The notes under the pieces: model-generated
Database searches by the model: none
Told to the model about the DNA's origin: nothing
What the model saw: the letters and a program-made list of their open reading frames with translations, nothing else
Translations under genes and position numbers: made by a program
Assembly (NCBI RefSeq): GCF_000009705.1
Contig: NC_003272.1
Coordinates: forward strand, 2,760,001 to 2,792,000
Origin: Nostoc sp. PCC 7120 = FACHB-418
Lineage (GTDB): Bacteria; Cyanobacteriota; Cyanobacteriia; Cyanobacteriales; Nostocaceae
DNA length: 32,000 nt
Reading direction: 5' to 3'
Shown here: positions 17,197-25,836 of the stretch, piece by piece
Layout of the letters: each line of letters begins with the position of its first letter
Position numbering within the stretch: position 1 is the first letter of the stretch

Positions 17197-19032
17197 ATGA
17201 ATCATAAACAGTTAGACCCATATAAAAGCGATATTTTGATTATTGATGATATGGCAGACAATCTGCGTGTCTTGTCATCAATTCTTGCTAGGGAAGGATA
17301 TAACGTTCGTAAAGCTTTAAATTGGCAAATGGCTTGCACCGCTTGTCAAACATTATTACCTGATTTGATTTTGCTTGATATTATGATGCCAGAGGTAGAT
17401 GGTTATGAAGTTTGTCAAAGATTTAAAGCTTGGGAACTGACATCTGATATTCCAGTAATTTTTATTAGTGCTTTAGATGATGTTTTTGACAAAGTTAAGG
17501 CTTTTAAAGTTGGTGGGGTAGATTATATTACTAAACCTTTTGAATTAGGAGAGGTCTTAGTACGTGTAAAAAATCAAATAGAATTGCGAACAGCGAGAAT
17601 AGAAATATTAACACTTAATGCTGAGTTAGAACAAAGAGTAAAGCAGCGTACTTGGGAGTTAGAAAAGGCTTTGCAAAAACTCCAAATAGAAGTTAGTGCG
17701 CGTCAAAAGTTACAAGGCAAATTGCTTGATATGGCGCTGCATGATGCTCTGACTGGTTTACCAAACAGAATTTTGTTTATCAGGAGATTAGGAAAAGCTT
17801 TAAATCGCGCTAAAGAAGAATCTAATTATCAATTTGCAGTACTATTTTTAGACTGCGATCGCTTCAAGGTTGTCAATGATTCTTTAGGGCATTTAGTAGG
17901 AGATGAATTACTTATTTCTATCGCTCATCGTCTCCAATCTTGTCTCACACCAGACGCTACTCTAGCAAGACTAGGCGGTGATGAATTTGGCATTTTGTTA
18001 GAGGATATAAAAGATATCCGCATGGCAATTCAAATAGCCGATTACATTCTTCAACAACTATCAATGTCTTTTAAACTGTCTAGATACGAAGTTTTTATGA
18101 ATGTCAGCATTGGCATTAATTGGGGTCATAAAGGATATGATCAACCAGAGTATCTGCTGCGAGATGCTGATACAGCGATGTATCGTGCTAAAGATTCAGG
18201 AAGGTCTAGATATCATGTTTTTGACCCAGCAATGCACGAGGAAGTGATCAAAGCCTTAGAAAAGGAAAATGACTTACGTAGGTCAGTGGAAAAACAGGAA
18301 TTTGTTATTTATTACCAGCCAATTATTTCTTTGTCTACAGGTAAAATCTCCGGATTTGAAGCACTTGTTCGTTGGCAGCATCCAACTCACGGTTTGATTG
18401 CTCCGACAGAATTTATCCCTGTAGCGGAAGAAACTGGTCTAATTAATACTATCAATATATGGGTATTACAGTCAGCTTGTCAGCAACTACGCATCTGGCA
18501 ATCTCATCCAGGAACTCCTAATAATCTAACCATTAGTGTAAATTTAAGTGCTAAATTATTTTTGCAGACTAATTTCCTAACACAAGTCGATCAAATTATC
18601 AAAGAGACTCAAATAGATCCATCTAGTTTAGAGCTAGAAATCACAGAAACTGTCATTATGGAAAATAATAATGAAATTAAAGTAATTCTCCAACAATTAA
18701 AGGAGCGTAAAATTAAACTAATAATGGATGACTTTGGTACAGGTTATTCGTCCCTGAGCTATTTACATATATTTCCTTTTAATGCACTAAAAATTGATAA
18801 ATCATTTGTTAATCGGATGTTGGATAATCAGGAAAATATGGGATTAGTACCTGCGATGATTAGCATTGCTGCATCTATGGGTATGTCGGCGATCGCAGAA
18901 GGAGTTGAAACCCAAGAACAATTGGAACAACTGAAAAGTTTAAAATGTGATTTTGCACAAGGATATCTATTTTCTCAACCTATAGAGCAGAACTTGGTAA
19001 TAGATTTTATCGCCTCAGCTACCCAATGGTAG
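17197..19032 (+). CDS. Response regulator with REC-GGDEF-EAL architecture (c-di-GMP cyclase/phosphodiesterase)
   Basis: REC motifs: IIDD, LLDIMMP, FISA, YITKPF. A coiled-coil linker follows. The GGDEF domain has an intact RLGGDEFG. The EAL domain has EALVRW, NLS, ELEITE, DDFGTGYSS, KIDKSF, EGVET and QGYLFS. Confidence 0.9.
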   Translation: MNHKQLDPYKSDILIIDDMADNLRVLSSILAREGYNVRKALNWQMACTACQTLLPDLILLDIMMPEVDGYEVCQRFKAWELTSDIPVIFISALDDVFDKVKAFKVGGVDYITKPFELGEVLVRVKNQIELRTARIEILTLNAELEQRVKQRTWELEKALQKLQIEVSARQKLQGKLLDMALHDALTGLPNRILFIRRLGKALNRAKEESNYQFAVLFLDCDRFKVVNDSLGHLVGDELLISIAHRLQSCLTPDATLARLGGDEFGILLEDIKDIRMAIQIADYILQQLSMSFKLSRYEVFMNVSIGINWGHKGYDQPEYLLRDADTAMYRAKDSGRSRYHVFDPAMHEEVIKALEKENDLRRSVEKQEFVIYYQPIISLSTGKISGFEALVRWQHPTHGLIAPTEFIPVAEETGLINTINIWVLQSACQQLRIWQSHPGTPNNLTISVNLSAKLFLQTNFLTQVDQIIKETQIDPSSLELEITETVIMENNNEIKVILQQLKERKIKLIMDDFGTGYSSLSYLHIFPFNALKIDKSFVNRMLDNQENMGLVPAMISIAASMGMSAIAEGVETQEQLEQLKSLKCDFAQGYLFSQPIEQNLVIDFIASATQW

Positions 19033-19214
19033 TTTAGGTTGATACTCCTGAATTTATAATTTCTCAATTCATATCTGTATAGCTTTATTTTTTAGTAATT
19101 ATTTGATATTAGTGTCAACAAAATATTTGTTGAGTTTAGGTAATTTTTATATAAGTCCGTCCAAACAGCATTTAATATATTTATCAGGGGATAAATGATG
19201 AATTTTAATTCATA

Positions 19215-20627
19215 ATGAATTTAAATAATAACAATAAATATAAAAGCAATATTTTGGTAGTAGATGATACACCAGATAATCTGCGGCTGTTATCAGCGAT
19301 GTTAACTGCACGAGGTTTTGAAGTTCGCAAAGCCTTGAACGGTAAAATGGCACTAACTGCGTGTCAGATGCTTTTACCTGATGTCATTTTGCTAGATGTT
19401 AGTATGCCGGATATGGATGGTTATCAAGTTTGTCAGCAACTGAAAGCTGATGAACACACCTCCGATATACCAGTGATATTTATTAGCGCGCTAGATGATG
19501 TCCTAGATAAAGTTAAAGCTTTCGATGTTGGTGGTGTGGATTACATTACTAAGCCCTTTCATGGTGCGGAAGTAATCTTACGAATTGAAAATCAAATAAA
19601 TTTACGTTTGTTGCAACTTCAATTAAAAGAAAGAAATTTTTTATTGCAAGATGCCCTTAATAATTTAAAAGCCTCACAGGTTCAACAAATTCAAAACGAG
19701 AAAATGGTGGCACTTGGACAATTAGTAGCAGGTATTGCCCATGAAGTTAATAACCCTATTAGTTTTATCTATGGCAACCTGCAATATGCTAATGAGTATA
19801 TCCAAGATTTAGTGAAAATCATCGAAGTTTATCAACAGGAGTATCCCAATCCAACATCCAAAATTCAACAACTAATTCAAAAGACAGACTTGAGTTTTGT
19901 GATGCAAGACCTGCAAAACTTAATGGGTGCTATGTACAGAGGATCTGATCGGATTCGGGAAATTGTACTGGCGCTGCAAAACTTTTCCCGCCATGACGAG
20001 GCGCAAATGAAATTGGTAAACATTCATCAGGGAATAGACAGCGCCTTGGTGATGTTACAGCATCGACTCAATGCCACATCAAATCGTCCAGCAATTGATG
20101 TGGTGAAAGATTACAGTAACTTACCTTTGATTACTTGCTATCCGAGCGAATTAAATCAAGTATTTATGCACATCTTAAATAATGCCATAGATGCTTTGGC
20201 GGTGAGAGAAGAAACTGATTCTGGCGTAATACCAATGACTCCCAGACTACGTGTACAAAATAGCCAAGTCAATCCTCTGTGGGTAAGTGTTCGTCAAGGA
20301 ACAGCTCATCTACAGTCATTGGGAATAACCAAAATCAAGGGAGAACCCCCAAACCCAAATCCTCAAATTCGGATTCGCACAGAATTACTCAACTCGCACA
20401 CCGTGAGGATTGCGATCGCCGATAATGGTGTAGGTATAGATCAATCTTGGCAATCCCATCTGTTTGACCCATTTTTCACCACAAAAACCGTAGGCAAAGG
20501 TAGTGGATTGGGATTATCTATCAGCTATCAGATTATAGTGCAGAAACACCAAGGGCAAATCACCTGTGCTTCTGCATTAGGCGAAGGAGCAGAGTTTGTT
20601 ATTACAATTCCGATTACACCAGTCTGA
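19215..20627 (+). CDS. Histidine kinase with an N-terminal receiver domain (REC-HisKA-HATPase_c), no TM or recognisable sensor domain
   Basis: The REC domain closely resembles that of the upstream gene. Kinase motifs: H-box AGIAHEVNNPISFI, N-box ILNNAIDAL, G1 DNGVGI, F-box FDPFFTTK, G2 GSGLGLSIS. Confidence 0.9.
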   Translation: MNLNNNNKYKSNILVVDDTPDNLRLLSAMLTARGFEVRKALNGKMALTACQMLLPDVILLDVSMPDMDGYQVCQQLKADEHTSDIPVIFISALDDVLDKVKAFDVGGVDYITKPFHGAEVILRIENQINLRLLQLQLKERNFLLQDALNNLKASQVQQIQNEKMVALGQLVAGIAHEVNNPISFIYGNLQYANEYIQDLVKIIEVYQQEYPNPTSKIQQLIQKTDLSFVMQDLQNLMGAMYRGSDRIREIVLALQNFSRHDEAQMKLVNIHQGIDSALVMLQHRLNATSNRPAIDVVKDYSNLPLITCYPSELNQVFMHILNNAIDALAVREETDSGVIPMTPRLRVQNSQVNPLWVSVRQGTAHLQSLGITKIKGEPPNPNPQIRIRTELLNSHTVRIAIADNGVGIDQSWQSHLFDPFFTTKTVGKGSGLGLSISYQIIVQKHQGQITCASALGEGAEFVITIPITPV

Positions 20628-20722
20628 GTAGAAAGGGCTGAGTCAAATGACACTACAAATAAATTAGGATTTTTAGTCAACACAGGCTACTATTTTCATT
20701 CACATAAAAGCATAATAGAAGT

Positions 20723-22000
20723 GTGACTGATCTGTTAGCCCCTTTACAATCATTAAACCAAGGTCACTGGTTCAAGCTCATCTGCGGAGCTAGTTTCCAG
20801 CACCTACCTGCTGTGAGAAGTTTAACATTAGCCTACACCTTAGCTGGTGCTGACTGCATAGATGTGGCTGCTGACCCAGCCGTGATTAGAGATGCCAAAG
20901 AAGCAATACAAGTAGCTAGAAATTTGGTGCAGGCAGCTCAAGCAAGAGGACTGGACTACAAAGGTCATGCACCCTTGTTGATGGTCAGCTTAAATGACGG
21001 AGAAGACCCCCATTTCCGCAAAGCCGAATTCAATCCCCACCATTGTCCCTCTGATTGTCCCAGACCTTGCGAGAAAATCTGCCCCGCTCAGGCAATTGTA
21101 TTTAATCATCAAAAAGATAATTTTTCTGGAGTTGAATCTCAGAAATGCTACGGTTGTGGGCGTTGTCTGCCAGTTTGTCCTTATGATATAATTTATACAA
21201 ATTCCTATATGTCACCGCCAGAAGCGATCGCGCCAATGGTTTTGTCAGCAGGAATAGATGCCGTAGAAATCCATACAAAAGTGGGACGTTTGGCAGAGTT
21301 TAAGCAATTATGGCAAGTAATTTCACCTTGGGCAGACCAACTGAAGGTATTGGCTATCAGCTGTCCCGATGGCAAACATCTAGTTGAATATCTCCAATCA
21401 ATCTATGAACTAATTTCTCCACTTCCTACCACCTTAATTTGGCAAACCGACGGTCGCCCCATGAGTGGTGATATTGGAGATGGTACCACTTTAGCAGCAG
21501 TGAAACTAGGGCAAAAAGTTCTAGCAGCTAAGTTACCAGGATATATACAACTAGCAGGTGGCACTAACAGCTACACAGTTGCTAAGTTAAAGGCAATGGG
21601 ACTACTGAAAAAAGCAAGGGAGCAGGGAGCAGGAAGAGAAGTCGCAAGGAGGGAAACCCTCCGGGCGAACTTCCCTACGGGACGCTACGCGAACGGGAGC
21701 ATGGGGGAAATTTCTTCTCCTCTGCCCCCTGCCCTTCGGGTTCGCAGTCGCTTATGGGGGAAACCCCCAAGACCGCGCTGTCTCACCTCCCGCCCCTCCG
21801 CCTCCATTGCCGGAGTTGCTTACGGTAGCTACGCCCGTGTAATGCTGTCACCGATTATTGAGCAGTTAGAAAATAAGGAGGTGAGTAATAGCAGTGTTAA
21901 GGCCACAGTACGCCTTGAAGAAGAACCAGAATTGCTTTGGCAAGCCGTAGAGCTTGCCCGTTCCCTCGTCTCCCAGCTCAAGTCACAGCAGGAGAGCTAA
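20723..22000 (+). CDS. ldpA: LdpA-type iron-sulfur protein (light-dependent period protein A; circadian input)
   Basis: N-terminus [42 protein letters not shown]. Two cysteine clusters are present: [14 protein letters not shown] and [12 protein letters not shown]. It has a GTG start. It carries an atypical insert (see the next feature). Confidence 0.7.
   Translation: MTDLLAPLQSLNQGHWFKLICGASFQHLPAVRSLTLAYTLAGADCIDVAADPAVIRDAKEAIQVARNLVQAAQARGLDYKGHAPLLMVSLNDGEDPHFRKAEFNPHHCPSDCPRPCEKICPAQAIVFNHQKDNFSGVESQKCYGCGRCLPVCPYDIIYTNSYMSPPEAIAPMVLSAGIDAVEIHTKVGRLAEFKQLWQVISPWADQLKVLAISCPDGKHLVEYLQSIYELISPLPTTLIWQTDGRPMSGDIGDGTTLAAVKLGQKVLAAKLPGYIQLAGGTNSYTVAKLKAMGLLKKAREQGAGREVARRETLRANFPTGRYANGSMGEISSPLPPALRVRSRLWGKPPRPRCLTSRPSASIAGVAYGSYARVMLSPIIEQLENKEVSNSSVKATVRLEEEPELLWQAVELARSLVSQLKSQQES
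21613..21808 (+). repeat. GC-rich hairpin-repeat block (small dispersed repeat / MITE-like) embedded in-frame in ldpA; boundaries approximate
   Basis: Perfect mini-hairpins GGAGGGAAACCCTCC (21648-62) and GGGGGAAACCCCC (21766-78). AGGAAGAGAA is nearly complementary to TTCTTCTCCT. There is a local jump in G+C. The translation is low-complexity and R/G/P-rich. Confidence 0.5.
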
Positions 22001-22039
22001 TCGCTCTTCGTTATCTCTCAAAACGTCACAATAGAAAGC

Positions 22040-23779
22040 ATGACGACTACAGACGATCTCCAAAAGTTGTTAGACATTTTGCCCCAAGACCTGCGACAAA
22101 TACTAGAGAACCATCCCAAACGAGATAGTTTAGTAGAAGTGGTCTTGGATTTGGGTCGTCGCCCAGAGGCTAGATTTCCCAATCAAGCCGAGTACCTGAG
22201 CGAAACACCCGTTACTCAAGCACAGATAGACGATTGCGTTCAGCGAGTAGGAAACTTTGGTGGAGATAATCGGGCAGGAATTGAGCAAACTTTGCATCGG
22301 ATCAGTGGTATCCGCAACCGCAGTGGTAAGATAATTGGTCTCACTTGTCGTGTTGGTCGAGCGGTATTCGGTACCATAGGCATGATCCGCGATTTGGTGG
22401 AAACTGGTAAATCGATTCTCATGCTAGGACGGCCTGGTGTAGGTAAAACTACAGCCTTAAGAGAAATTGCCCGTGTTTTAGCAGATGAATTGCATAAGCG
22501 TGTGGTTATCATTGACACCTCCAACGAAATTGCTGGGGATGGCGATGTTGCTCACCCAGCCATTGGTCGTGCTAGGCGGATGCAAGTAGCTCATCCAGAA
22601 CTGCAACATCAGGTGATGATTGAGGCAGTGGAAAATCATATGCCAGAAGTCATTGTCATCGATGAAATTGGTACAGAACTGGAAGCTTTAGCAGCCCGTA
22701 CCATTGCCGAACGAGGTGTGCAGTTGGTAGGTACTGCCCACGGAAACCAGATAGAAAACCTGATCAAAAACCCCACACTGTCTGACTTGGTTGGGGGTAT
22801 TCAAGCTGTGACACTGGGAGACGATGAAGCGAGACGCAGGGGTAGTCAAAAAACCGTTTTGGAACGGAAAGCCCCGCCTACCTTTGAGATTGCCGTGGAA
22901 ATGTTAGAACGGCAACGTTGGGTAGTACACGAAAGTGTTGCGGATACGGTGGATACTCTTCTGCGAGGCCGTCAGCCTAGTCCACAAACGAGAACGGTGG
23001 ATGAGCAAGGTAAAGTCGCCATCACACGACAATTATCTGTTGTTAATGGTCGTGGCGGACAGTTGGCAACTCCTGAGGAATCTTTTGCACCAGCTAGACC
23101 ATCTAATGGTTGGCGTGCATCAGGACAAATGCTAGCCATCCCATCATTGCCTCTAGAGCGAGAACGAATCTCTGGACAAAGCGAATTTGACCGCTTGTTA
23201 GATGAATCGTTTAACTACCCAGAGGCTATTGATTTCGGCAGTAGTGCTAGACAACCAGGCCCCAACGGTGAAGATTTGCCACTGCACGTTTACCCTTATG
23301 GTGTGAGTAGGCATCAACTGGAACAGGTGATCAGTGTTTTAACTTTGCCTGTGGTATTGACAAAAGATATAGATAATGCTGATGCAATTTTAGCATTGCG
23401 ATCGCACGTCAAAAACCACGCTAAATTAAGGCAGATGGCTAAAGCCCGTCATGTACCCATCCATGTGATTAAGTCTAGTACCATTCCTCAGATTACCCGT
23501 GGATTGCGGCGCTTGCTGAACATGGAAGATCCCGAAGTAGCGGATGATCGAGAACTACAATTGTTTCTCCACAACGGTAGCGACGACGAAATGGACGCTT
23601 TAGAAGAAGCAAGACTAGCCGTCGAGCAAATCGTCATTCCCAAAGGACAACCAGTGGAGTTATTACCCCGTTCTCCGCAAGTCCGCAAAATGCAGCATGA
23701 GCTAGTAGAACACTATCGGCTCAAGTCCCATAGTTTTGGGGAAGAACCAAACCGTCGTTTACGGATTTATCCAGCGTAA
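22040..23779 (+). CDS. Ycf45-like AAA/SpoIIIAA-type ATPase with a C-terminal R3H nucleic-acid-binding region
   Basis: N-terminus LLDILPQDLRQ...LVEVVLDLGRRPEARF. It has Walker A MLGRPGVGKTT, Walker B VIVIDEIGT and GTAHGN. The long C-terminal extension ends with an R3H-like segment (by recollection of the family, not verified). Confidence 0.7.
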   Translation: MTTTDDLQKLLDILPQDLRQILENHPKRDSLVEVVLDLGRRPEARFPNQAEYLSETPVTQAQIDDCVQRVGNFGGDNRAGIEQTLHRISGIRNRSGKIIGLTCRVGRAVFGTIGMIRDLVETGKSILMLGRPGVGKTTALREIARVLADELHKRVVIIDTSNEIAGDGDVAHPAIGRARRMQVAHPELQHQVMIEAVENHMPEVIVIDEIGTELEALAARTIAERGVQLVGTAHGNQIENLIKNPTLSDLVGGIQAVTLGDDEARRRGSQKTVLERKAPPTFEIAVEMLERQRWVVHESVADTVDTLLRGRQPSPQTRTVDEQGKVAITRQLSVVNGRGGQLATPEESFAPARPSNGWRASGQMLAIPSLPLERERISGQSEFDRLLDESFNYPEAIDFGSSARQPGPNGEDLPLHVYPYGVSRHQLEQVISVLTLPVVLTKDIDNADAILALRSHVKNHAKLRQMAKARHVPIHVIKSSTIPQITRGLRRLLNMEDPEVADDRELQLFLHNGSDDEMDALEEARLAVEQIVIPKGQPVELLPRSPQVRKMQHELVEHYRLKSHSFGEEPNRRLRIYPA

Positions 23780-23806
23780 ACTGACTGAGTTTGTCGAGTA
23801 AATCCA

Positions 23807-23842
23807 GCGATCGCTCTCCAAGATTTTAGGGCGATCGCTTTT
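23807..23842 (+). terminator. Hairpin formed by two HIP1 copies followed by TTTT; a likely terminator of the ATPase gene
   Basis: AGCGATCGC (23807-15) and GCGATCGCT (23830-38) are mutually complementary. The loop is about 14 nt and is followed by TTTT. Confidence 0.45.
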
Positions 23843-23870
23843 AGTTGGTAAAATTAATATCCAAGAATCT

Positions 23871-24911
23871 ATGATTAATCAACTCCAAGACTATAACCCT
23901 AGCGGCGTAGGTGAAATCAATGGCAATCTCTTAGGTTTGCCGTGCGACTACGATTCTGCAAATTTAATTGTTTTTGCAGTTCCTTGGGAAGTTACTGTTT
24001 CCTATGGTGCAGGTACAGCCAACGGCCCACAAAGAATTCTGGATGCTTCAGTACAACTAGATTTATTTGACTTTGATCATCCTGATGGTTGGAAACAAGG
24101 GATTTTCTTAGTGGAAATTCCCCAAGAAATGATCGAGAAAAATAATTATTATCGGGATTTAGCAGCACAAATTATTGAACGGCTAGCCCAAGGTAAATTA
24201 CTGACAGATACACCAGATTTAACCCCTGTACTGACAGAAATTAATCAAGCTTCCCAACAGGTAAATCAATGGCTGTTTACACAATGTCAAGCAGCTATGA
24301 GTCAAGGTAAGCAAGTTGCAGTCATTGGCGGTGACCACAGTTCACCTTTAGGTTACTTTCAAGCATTAGCAGCGAAATACTCCAATTTTGGCATTCTCCA
24401 CATCGATGCACACGCAGATTTACGTGATGCTTATGAAGGGTTTGAATTTTCCCATGCGTCGATTATGTTTAATGGGTTGAAATTACCGCAAATTTCTAAA
24501 CTAGTGCAGGTAGGTTTACGCGATATCAGTCATGATGAAGTGCGAATGATTGAGGAATCCCATGGACGCATCGTGGCATACTACGACCCCATGATTAAAC
24601 AAAAGCTCTATGGTGAGACAAATTGGATCGAACTAAGCCGCGAAATTGTGAATCATTTACCGGAATACGTCCACATTAGTTTTGATGTGGATGGTTTAGA
24701 TCCAAAACTTTGTCCAAATACCGGTACACCCGTTCCTGGTGGTTTGGAATTGGAGCAAGTTTTTTGTCTATTTCGGGAATTAGTGAATAGCGGGAGAAAA
24801 ATTATCGGCTTCGATGTCTGCGAAGTTGGTGATGCTGAATGGGATGGTAATGTAGGGGCGAGAGTGGTTTATAAATTAGCAAATTTAATGGATTTATCTC
24901 ACAAACAATAA
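23871..24911 (+). CDS. Arginase-family ureohydrolase (agmatinase / guanidino-acid hydrolase-like)
   Basis: Metal-binding signature motifs are present: IGGDHS, HIDAHADLRD and SFDVDGLDP. Substrate specificity cannot be told from the sequence alone. Confidence 0.8.
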   Translation: MINQLQDYNPSGVGEINGNLLGLPCDYDSANLIVFAVPWEVTVSYGAGTANGPQRILDASVQLDLFDFDHPDGWKQGIFLVEIPQEMIEKNNYYRDLAAQIIERLAQGKLLTDTPDLTPVLTEINQASQQVNQWLFTQCQAAMSQGKQVAVIGGDHSSPLGYFQALAAKYSNFGILHIDAHADLRDAYEGFEFSHASIMFNGLKLPQISKLVQVGLRDISHDEVRMIEESHGRIVAYYDPMIKQKLYGETNWIELSREIVNHLPEYVHISFDVDGLDPKLCPNTGTPVPGGLELEQVFCLFRELVNSGRKIIGFDVCEVGDAEWDGNVGARVVYKLANLMDLSHKQ

Positions 24912-24927
24912 GCTGTTATTATTCAGC

Positions 24928-24956
24928 AGGCAATGATCGACTGTCAGTCATTGCCT
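24928..24956 (+). terminator. Perfect 9 bp stem hairpin downstream of the ureohydrolase gene (possible terminator or RNA stability element)
   Basis: AGGCAATGA (24928-36) pairs with TCATTGCCT (24948-56) across an 11 nt loop. There is no strong T-run after it. Confidence 0.3.
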
Positions 24957-25330
24957 AGACACCAACTTTTAATTCCCATCATCTATCCTGAGTGTACTTT
25001 TGAAGATAAAAATTAGGACTACTATCACTAATATTTATTAAATTAAGCGGGAATTTATGACTGTAATATTTGTAAATAATTAAAAAATAAAATCTTAAAA
25101 GCCTTGTAAGTCAATGGTTTTGGTCTTAAATATCAATATTATGGCTGCATAGCTTCCCTGATAACCGCTTTTACTCATGCAGGAAATTAACTTCTATGCC
25201 ATCATAGACAGTGAGAATTAAATCGGTGATAGTCTTTGTTTTTAGTATTAACAGGCTTTTCCTTTTGGTATTTACAGACCTCTCTCCGAAATTTAAATCT
25301 CTACACAGCCATGATTTTGGAGAGAAAAGA

Positions 25331-25648
25331 ATGTCAATTTATGTAGGGAACCTCTCTTACGAAGTTACGCAAGAGGATATCAGCAACGTTTTTGCAGAAT
25401 ATGGTTCTGTAAAACGGGTTGTGCTACCTACTGACCGTGAAACAGGTCGCCTGCGCGGTTTTGCTTTTGTGGAAATGGGTTCAGATGCAGAAGAAACAGC
25501 TGCCATCGAGGGTCTTGATGGTGCTGAGTGGATGGGTCGTGACCTGAAAGTCAATAAAGCCAAGCCCAAAGAAGACAGAGGCTCCTTTGGTGGCGGAAAC
25601 CGGGGAGGATACGGCGGTGGCGGTGGCGGTGGTCGTTCCCGTTATTAA
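25331..25648 (+). CDS. RRM-type RNA-binding protein with a glycine-rich C-terminus (cyanobacterial Rbp family)
   Basis: MSIYVGNLSYEV contains RNP2, and RGFAFVEM is RNP1. The tail is GGGNRGGYGGGGGGGRSRY. The upstream part of ORF 25211..25648 (GTG start) is rejected. Confidence 0.9.
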   Translation: MSIYVGNLSYEVTQEDISNVFAEYGSVKRVVLPTDRETGRLRGFAFVEMGSDAEETAAIEGLDGAEWMGRDLKVNKAKPKEDRGSFGGGNRGGYGGGGGGGRSRY

Positions 25649-25682
25649 GAATTAATAATTAGGAATTTATCTAAATTCTTGA

Positions 25683-25711
25683 GGTCAGACAAATCGTCTG
25701 CCTTTTTTTTT
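25683..25711 (+). terminator. Rho-independent terminator of the rbp gene
   Basis: GGTCAGAC-AAATC-GTCTGCC stem-loop followed by a T9 run (25703-25711). Confidence 0.7.
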
Positions 25712-25836
25712 CTTCATTGAGTCCTGATGGCATCTTTTTAGTAGTTACTGTAAAGCAATGACGATCGCTCTAGTCGGATGAGCCGAATTGCTCCTACCCT
25801 AAATAGAAGAGCCTTTTGTATTAGGTGGAACTCAGC

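Noticed and set aside
25211-25330. N-terminal 40-codon extension of the Rbp ORF from a GTG. Similar upstream extensions occur at 1174-1266, 8162-8179, 8309-8332, 14577-14594, 15531-15557, 25825-25836, 27729-27764, 29645-29698 and 30744-30764.
   Set aside because: The conserved protein families start at the downstream ATG. Several of the extensions begin with TTG or GTG (others, at 1266, 27729, 29698 and 30764, begin with ATG). They run through leader, terminator or repeat DNA, or through the 3' end of the upstream gene.
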